A DNA stretch of 64,000 nt, taken from the IMG/VR virus record IMGVR_UViG_3300027896_000013, one strand, 5' to 3'. The stretch is from a virus. Numbering within the stretch: the first letter of the stretch is position 1; each line of letters starts with the position of its first letter. A model generated the notes under the pieces. The model had not been told where the DNA came from. It was given only the letters and a program-made list of their open reading frames with translations, and searched no databases. Shown here in pieces: positions 58,029 through 64,000 of this stretch. The position numbers and the translations under genes were made by a program.

Positions 58029-58928
58029 TTAGAACTTCTTTAACTCACTCATGTATGTGTTAAATACCGGGTTAGCAGCTTGCTGCTCTTCGGCATTTAC
58101 AGACTCTTCGACAACTGTCGGTCTGTCTACATTCATGCTGTGTGAAGTTTCTGTCGCCTGCTCTCTAAGAACGTCGAGCTGTTCAGCTTCATTCTTATCA
58201 AACAAGTTTAAAACGTAATCGTAATTTTCCGTGATGTACTGCTCACTCTTGCCAGCAAGTACTTTCTTCATGTATTTCTTCTTTTCGCTAGGAAGTTCAG
58301 CTGTTTTGCTTTCAATAAGCAATGCAGTAGAAGCTGTCTTGTGACTCTCTGTCACCGTGCTAAGCTTCTTATTTGCTTCGGCAAGAGCTTTCTTATAGTC
58401 TTCAATCTGAGCCTTACCATCCAATACAGCTTCACGGATCGATTCAGTTGCCATCGCTAAGTCAACACCAAGCAATGTACGCATCTGAGATACAATTCTA
58501 GCTGACTGAACGTTTTCAACAGCTTCAGCTACCTGTGCGTTCGGAATCTTCTCTTCCAGATACAGCTCAAGATATTTGTCAAGTTTGTTAACTAGATTTG
58601 ATTTAAATTTGTTTGCATCTTCCGTCAATGCCTTCTCGTAGTGGTTAATAACCTTCTTTAGTTTAACTACGTGGTTCTTGTCAAGAGCTTCGACAACACG
58701 GTTAAGTTTGTTGGTGTGGTCTGAATCAATGACACCGAGAAGCTTTTCTACTTTGGCGCTGTAGTCAGCGTCCTGCTTGTCGAGTGCTGTGCTAACAGCT
58801 AGCTTAGTGCGCTCTTCAACAAGGCTGTTAACGGATGTATCGTACGCAGATTTGATATCAGCGAGAGTCTGTTCAGTCAACAAATCTTTTGTCGCTTCCT
58901 TAAGAATGGTTTTAATATCTTTTGACAT
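58029..58928 (-). CDS. Prohead scaffold, gp22-like
   Basis: Coiled coil, LDKYL, position upstream of gp23. Confidence 0.85.
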   Translation of the reverse strand: MSKDIKTILKEATKDLLTEQTLADIKSAYDTSVNSLVEERTKLAVSTALDKQDADYSAKVEKLLGVIDSDHTNKLNRVVEALDKNHVVKLKKVINHYEKALTEDANKFKSNLVNKLDKYLELYLEEKIPNAQVAEAVENVQSARIVSQMRTLLGVDLAMATESIREAVLDGKAQIEDYKKALAEANKKLSTVTESHKTASTALLIESKTAELPSEKKKYMKKVLAGKSEQYITENYDYVLNLFDKNEAEQLDVLREQATETSHSMNVDRPTVVEESVNAEEQQAANPVFNTYMSELKKF

Positions 58929-58931
58929 ATG

Positions 58932-59150
58932 TTATAAAGTAGCTGCAATGCGAGTCATCAATTTAGACTCGATAACATCCGCTAAATACTTATTAGCATT
59001 GTTATACTTTTTCTGTGCGATTGCTCTAATAAATTTACCAATGTGGGAACTCTCACCCAACGCCCGATCACGTGCGGCACAACCACTACGCGGCTTCTTC
59101 ATGAGCTTCTTCTTCGTGAGTTTCTTTTTAAGTTTAAACTTCTTGGCCAT
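58932..59150 (-). CDS. Small basic head-module protein
   Basis: Between protease and scaffold. Confidence 0.55.
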   Translation of the reverse strand: MAKKFKLKKKLTKKKLMKKPRSGCAARDRALGESSHIGKFIRAIAQKKYNNANKYLADVIESKLMTRIAATL

Positions 59151-59159
59151 ATGTGTTAA

Positions 59160-59828
59160 TTATTTATTCTTGAAGGACTCAATAAACTTAATGATTTGAT
59201 CTTTAAGATAACCTTCTACGTCTTTGCGAGGTAGATTTGTTAATTTAGATTCAAAACTCTCATACATTTCTTCATATGTACCATCACCACGAAGAACAAA
59301 CTGCTTACTTTCGAGAATACCCGAAACAAATGCTTTGGTGAAAGACGGATCAGCAACACAGTCAACAGCAACTAACCTCATGCTAGTTACACGGTTAATA
59401 CCGTTGCTCTCCTCTTGTAACTTACCAAGAGCGCGTGAACTCATACCAACTTTAACACCGTCGTTAATAAGAGAACGTACAAGTAAACCTAGAGGAGACG
59501 TGAGTATTTTAGATTTACCGTAGTAAATGTTTCCCTCTCTTCTAAGTTCAGTAACTAAATGGCATGCTCGCTCTGGGTTTACTTCGGCTGAAGCAGGGTG
59601 ATTCAACTCACCCATCGCTCTACCCGTTCGCACCATTTCACCTATATAGCGATTTACTTCAGATTCCATCTCTTCACCAGCGTAAATGCGCTTGTTTTTA
59701 TTAACCGTTTCAGCACCCATGTACGGGCCACTGACCCACATTGTGCTTGGTTCTTTTGTGTTTTTTTCTTCGACAAGAAAATCCAAACTCTCTGAGAGAG
59801 GGGTTTCTGTAAGTAGTCGTAGCGCCAT
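59160..59828 (-). CDS. Prohead protease, gp21-like
   Basis: N.NKRIY, GELNHP, GMSSRALG, D.VADPS. Confidence 0.95.
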   Translation of the reverse strand: MALRLLTETPLSESLDFLVEEKNTKEPSTMWVSGPYMGAETVNKNKRIYAGEEMESEVNRYIGEMVRTGRAMGELNHPASAEVNPERACHLVTELRREGNIYYGKSKILTSPLGLLVRSLINDGVKVGMSSRALGKLQEESNGINRVTSMRLVAVDCVADPSFTKAFVSGILESKQFVLRGDGTYEEMYESFESKLTNLPRKDVEGYLKDQIIKFIESFKNK

Positions 59829-59855
59829 ATCTTAAATTACTTATAGTTTTATGTA

Positions 59856-60275
59856 TTATTTTGTTAAAACTATACGAGTTAATTCTTTTGTCTTAATTTT
59901 TATGTTCTTCGACTTTAAGAACTTACTCTTAAGGTGTTGAAAGATGCTACCTGTGGTGTCTAGTATTAGCTTCTTCTTGGACGCTGCCGCGTTCTGATCC
60001 CTTACGGCATCATTAATCCTCGACCAAATAGTTCCAGCATCTTCACCTTCTTTTTGCTGCACTACCCAACCTGATACATCATCGATTGAAATCTTACCAT
60101 TAGGATCTTCAAGAACAATAACATGTTCCCATTTTTCTTTTGGTTCCTTATCTTTGTCTTCCTTGAGTTCTTCAATGACCTGTGATAGATCTTTTATAAT
60201 ATCATGAACCTTAGAGGGTTCAATTTTACGGCGAAGCAAAGTCGCTTCAACTTCTTCAAGGCTTATTTTACTCAT
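59856..60275 (-). CDS. Hypothetical protein
   Basis: ATG after TAAGTA. Confidence 0.65.
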   Translation of the reverse strand: MSKISLEEVEATLLRRKIEPSKVHDIIKDLSQVIEELKEDKDKEPKEKWEHVIVLEDPNGKISIDDVSGWVVQQKEGEDAGTIWSRINDAVRDQNAAASKKKLILDTTGSIFQHLKSKFLKSKNIKIKTKELTRIVLTK

Positions 60276-60310
60276 ATATCACTACTTATAAACTATCGAA
60301 AATTAGCAAG

Positions 60311-60766
60311 TTAAACACCTAGTTGATGTTCTGTGAGTATCAAGAATTTATAACGGTTTCTCTCACACCACTGCTTTGCAGCATCCCACTTCGCCATATT
60401 GACAGCGTATGTTTGAGATTCATAGAGAAGAGTACTCTTCTTTTTACGCTTGGTAACTACAGGTGGAACGGTTTGGGAGCTAGGCTTTATCTCAATCAAA
60501 TACTTTACGAGTTTATCACCCTCTTTGATAAGAACAACACCATCAGCGAAATATCTGTGCATGTTACCATCTACTGGACTTCTGTATGGTATAACGATAG
60601 CTTCAGAGGCCCATTCAATGATATTCGGGTTGGTATCACACCATCTATAGAATTTACACTCCCAACCGGAGCGGTATACAGGTGTCTCTTTTCCAATATA
60701 CTTCTTGGGGTTTTGTGGTTTAAAAACACCTTGAATAAATCTACCTTTACCATTTAAAGGTATCAT
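60311..60766 (-). CDS. Head completion nuclease, gp4-like
   Basis: P.NPKKY.G, YRSGWE, IEIKP, N.AKW.AA. Confidence 0.92.
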   Translation of the reverse strand: MIPLNGKGRFIQGVFKPQNPKKYIGKETPVYRSGWECKFYRWCDTNPNIIEWASEAIVIPYRSPVDGNMHRYFADGVVLIKEGDKLVKYLIEIKPSSQTVPPVVTKRKKKSTLLYESQTYAVNMAKWDAAKQWCERNRYKFLILTEHQLGV

Positions 60767-60769
60767 AAA

Positions 60770-61846
60770 TTAGCCTACGAAGAACATTGGAGGTGCTGCA
60801 TCACCCATACCAGGAGAGGCGCCTTGGAAGAGCATTGTTTCAAGCTCTTTTTTCTCGTTCAGGCCTTCTGCAAGCATGGCTGTTTCTAACTGTCCACCAC
60901 CAAATAGAGTTGTACCACCGTACTTACCACGTACACGCGCTACAGTAATCTTCGTTAGCGCTGTTGCATACTGCTGTACCCATGGCTCTTTAATTAAGTC
61001 CTTTAAAGGTCGCTCTACATAGCAGGATATTACACCGTAGAACCTACCAGATGACCCCGATGTACCAGGCGACGGGTGCATTGTCAAATATTGTGTACGG
61101 GGATCGAATGTATATGATCGCTTAAGAGCTAACATCTTTTCACGGTTCTTCATCCAATCTTTTAGAACGTACCAGCTTACTAAATCAAAACCATAATTAC
61201 CCATCGCGTAACTGAAATACGTCTGCTGTGCTAAGGATTGCTCAATAGTGAACAGTGTATTAATGTTTGACGAAGAACCTTCTTCAAAATCATAAACGTC
61301 AATTACTTTTCGATAATCCATTCTATCGAAATCAAACGCATTGCTGTATTGTTCTACACCGTTCATCGAAGCATTAAAAGCACTTGTAAGTGTGGCACTT
61401 AGTGCGATAACACTTAGATAATCAGTATTAGAAAGTATTTGATTCTTATAAATACCAGATTTGTAGGTAGCAGATAATGTAGTCGAGGTTGCAAATATAC
61501 TAGAATCTAACCCCGTGAGTGCTACATAGACAGTTTTTGATGGTTGGTTGATTCTGTTAAACGTGGGTGTAATAGAAAAGAGTTCATCAAGCTTTAATCC
61601 TTTATGAGGTGTATAGAGATTTGAATCAAATACGAGATACTCTTCTGTATACCCTGCATATTTGCTAAACAACTCACAAGCTTGGCTAAGATTCTCTCTT
61701 AAGTTGTCAATATGAGCTTCAACGTTAATTAGAGGTGCACCTAGATTGCGAGCAATACGATCAGTCACTCTGTCAAAATCATCAAGTCTATTACCAAGAT
61801 TGGTGTTTTGGAATGCTGTAATTGGGCTTATATCAGTGCAACTCAT
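60770..61846 (-). CDS. Neck protein, gp13-like
   Basis: LGAPLINVE, W.QQYATAL.K, KY....L.GG. Confidence 0.88.
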   Translation of the reverse strand: MSCTDISPITAFQNTNLGNRLDDFDRVTDRIARNLGAPLINVEAHIDNLRENLSQACELFSKYAGYTEEYLVFDSNLYTPHKGLKLDELFSITPTFNRINQPSKTVYVALTGLDSSIFATSTTLSATYKSGIYKNQILSNTDYLSVIALSATLTSAFNASMNGVEQYSNAFDFDRMDYRKVIDVYDFEEGSSSNINTLFTIEQSLAQQTYFSYAMGNYGFDLVSWYVLKDWMKNREKMLALKRSYTFDPRTQYLTMHPSPGTSGSSGRFYGVISCYVERPLKDLIKEPWVQQYATALTKITVARVRGKYGGTTLFGGGQLETAMLAEGLNEKKELETMLFQGASPGMGDAAPPMFFVG

Positions 61847-61856
61847 ATAACATTAC

Positions 61857-63656
61857 TTAGGCGGTTGGGGCTGCGGGTGCTGCGGGTGCCCCAGGAGCTG
61901 CAGCTCCTGCTCCAGCTTCTGCACCTGCCTCTGGTGCACCTACTTCACCACCGGCTGCTGGTGCCGGTCCAAAGGCTGGCGGTAGCGCACTACCACCACC
62001 TGTAGGTGCTCCACCAGCTGGTGGAGCGGCTTCTGCACCAGGCGCTGCTGCGGAAGCAGCTGCTGCCACAGCCTGTCTCCAGTTAGGTCCTTGACCTTTG
62101 ATCTGCTCAATTTCCCATTGGAACTCAGAATCTTTTCTCATGAACTCACGATTTGCGAGTACATCATGATCAGACCAACCGAGATACTTCTTCTGTGCGT
62201 ATGTCTTTGACACGAATTCATTTTGAGTGATACTATTATAAGACTCAAACTTCAATTGAAGTTTTTGATTTTCTCTGAGTTCGTAGAAGTTAGTAGGTAC
62301 ATTAAACTCAACTTCAAAATGATGCTCTCTAAGTTCTAGATTATCCCAGATACCTTTAAGTTTAAGATGGGTTATAAATCCTGGCTTAATACCAGAAGCA
62401 ACGCGTTGCTGTAGACGAACGATAAACCTAGCAAATTTGAGCTCCTCGCGAAGGATACCTTCACCATCATTAAATGCGTCTTCAGGATTAACACGAGTAA
62501 CGGGTACTTTAAGCGCTTTATAGAGCTTCTTAACGAAATATAACAGATCCGTTAATTCACCAAGATTACCAGCTGGTTGTAATCTTGTAACTGATGTACC
62601 TTCAGAACCTGCTCTTTTTGGGAACCAGAAAGCATCAAGCATGCTCTGCGGATTAAACTTGTTAACTGTTGAACCTTGATCACCATCATATGTGCGCTTA
62701 GACCAATACTGTGTCATCAATCTTCTGAGATATGATTCAGCCTTTGGTGGTGACATATTACCAACGTCAACACTAAATACCAGACGTTCAGGTGCATTAA
62801 CCAATCGATATATAACAATCGAATCTTCAATCAAACTCAACTGTCTATAAGATCTACGAGCATTTTCAATGAAAGGCAGGCGAAGCGTTTTATTCTCGTT
62901 CCATATACCAGAATTGATATAAATGACTTGATTCTGGTCAAGAGGTACCATCTGTATCTCTTTTATCTTGGTCGGATTTTTTGAGTCATATACCGGCTTA
63001 CGAAGCAAATAGCCTTTTACGAGCATGTTCTGCACGTTTGAGTAGATCGGGTCTACTACATCAGATGGAATAGAGATAATACCAAGTACACCTTTATCAG
63101 GGTGATCCTTGTGTATAATGTTTTCAAAGAATATTTCTGCATCTACAAGCAGCTGACGAAAATATTCCCACCCACGTTTGTGAAGTTCATAGTAACTTAC
63201 ATAACGCTTCCACTCTTCATTCAACTTCTCCTGCTTCTTTGCATCTATGTCTGAATCTTTGTATATAAGATTTGCAACCGATCCGTCTCGTGCAACGTTG
63301 ATACATTCATCACAAATTTCATCCAATGCATCAGATACCTCAGAGAATGCTGCCATCACTCTGTATTCTGTAAGCCGTTTACCTTTATCGGGTTGAACGT
63401 TTGCATACATGAATTCGAGAAAGTCTTTATTGCGAAGAATATTAGAAGCTGGTTCATCATACTGAACAACAGAGGAAATCGATTTATTAATCAGATTTTC
63501 TTGCTGTTTGGAACCTTTATCGTAGAAAGCTTCGAATTTTGGATTTAGTTCTGCGATTCGGTCAATAACCCTATACCCAGTATACGGTATATTTGATGAT
63601 ACAAACTTCATCAATTCTCTACCGAATGTACTTTCACGATTAGAATCAGCCGCCAT
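61857..63656 (-). CDS. Portal protein, gp20-like
   Basis: L..IEDS.VIYR...APER..F.VDVGNM...KAE. Confidence 0.96.
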   Translation of the reverse strand: MAADSNRESTFGRELMKFVSSNIPYTGYRVIDRIAELNPKFEAFYDKGSKQQENLINKSISSVVQYDEPASNILRNKDFLEFMYANVQPDKGKRLTEYRVMAAFSEVSDALDEICDECINVARDGSVANLIYKDSDIDAKKQEKLNEEWKRYVSYYELHKRGWEYFRQLLVDAEIFFENIIHKDHPDKGVLGIISIPSDVVDPIYSNVQNMLVKGYLLRKPVYDSKNPTKIKEIQMVPLDQNQVIYINSGIWNENKTLRLPFIENARRSYRQLSLIEDSIVIYRLVNAPERLVFSVDVGNMSPPKAESYLRRLMTQYWSKRTYDGDQGSTVNKFNPQSMLDAFWFPKRAGSEGTSVTRLQPAGNLGELTDLLYFVKKLYKALKVPVTRVNPEDAFNDGEGILREELKFARFIVRLQQRVASGIKPGFITHLKLKGIWDNLELREHHFEVEFNVPTNFYELRENQKLQLKFESYNSITQNEFVSKTYAQKKYLGWSDHDVLANREFMRKDSEFQWEIEQIKGQGPNWRQAVAAAASAAAPGAEAAPPAGGAPTGGGSALPPAFGPAPAAGGEVGAPEAGAEAGAGAAAPGAPAAPAAPTA

Positions 63657-63739
63657 AAGTAAAGATATTTATGACCAATGATGGAATACTCTAGGTCTGC
63701 TTATCGTATTTGTTAACTGGTAGCAAATACTCGACTCAA

Positions 63740-64000
63740 TCAATATGTTCGAATTATTATAGGTGGTTCACCACCGCTTGCAGAGGCTACTACTGTTTCT
63801 ACTTCTTTTATCATTCCGGTTGATACCGGATACGTGTACGTTAGACCTGATAGCTCTTCGTAAGTTGTAAGAACGCTGTTGACTCTGAGATTTTCGTCAA
63901 TATAATAGATATTTTTTGTAGGAGCTGGAGCTGGTGGAAATAACCAACCTTGTATCGTAAATGAAGTATCTGCTGTTATTCTATACTTGTCGGTTGCATT
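63740..64000 (-). CDS. Tail terminator gp15-like, C-terminal part (truncated by window)
   Basis: Open frame from edge with FTIQGWLFPP. Confidence 0.65.
   Translation of the reverse strand, partial: NATDKYRITADTSFTIQGWLFPPAPAPTKNIYYIDENLRVNSVLTTYEELSGLTYTYPVSTGMIKEVETVVASASGGEPPIIIRTY

Noticed and set aside
1-64000. Stop-codon recoding
   Set aside because: Core genes are full-length in the standard code and no suppressor anticodon was found among readable tRNAs

Overview
A 64-kb segment of a large AT-rich T4-like myophage genome read in the standard genetic code. Bases 1-9020 are a minus-strand stable-RNA operon that probably continues past the left edge. It holds about 15 conventional tRNAs, a tmRNA, an RNase P-like RNA, tRNAs with insertions, circularly permuted tRNA-like RNAs and other structured RNAs, and is invaded by four Zn-finger nuclease genes. 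The operon is headed by what looks like a ribosome-coupled transcription attenuator: a 38-codon leader peptide using 19 amino acids and 31 different codons, whose stop codon lies inside an antiterminator strand. Downstream are two AAA+/vWA/metallopeptidase modules, a RadA-like ATPase, spanins and a lysozyme, tail-fibre and Pro/Thr-rich structural genes interleaved with a glycosyltransferase/radical-SAM cluster, a class II RNR and a gp5-like hub. These are followed by a DpdA/DpdN/QueF-type 7-deazaguanine cluster and the head module (gp23, gp22, gp21, gp4, gp13, gp20, partial gp15). All calls are by eye from motifs and base-pairing; no searches or folding programs were run.
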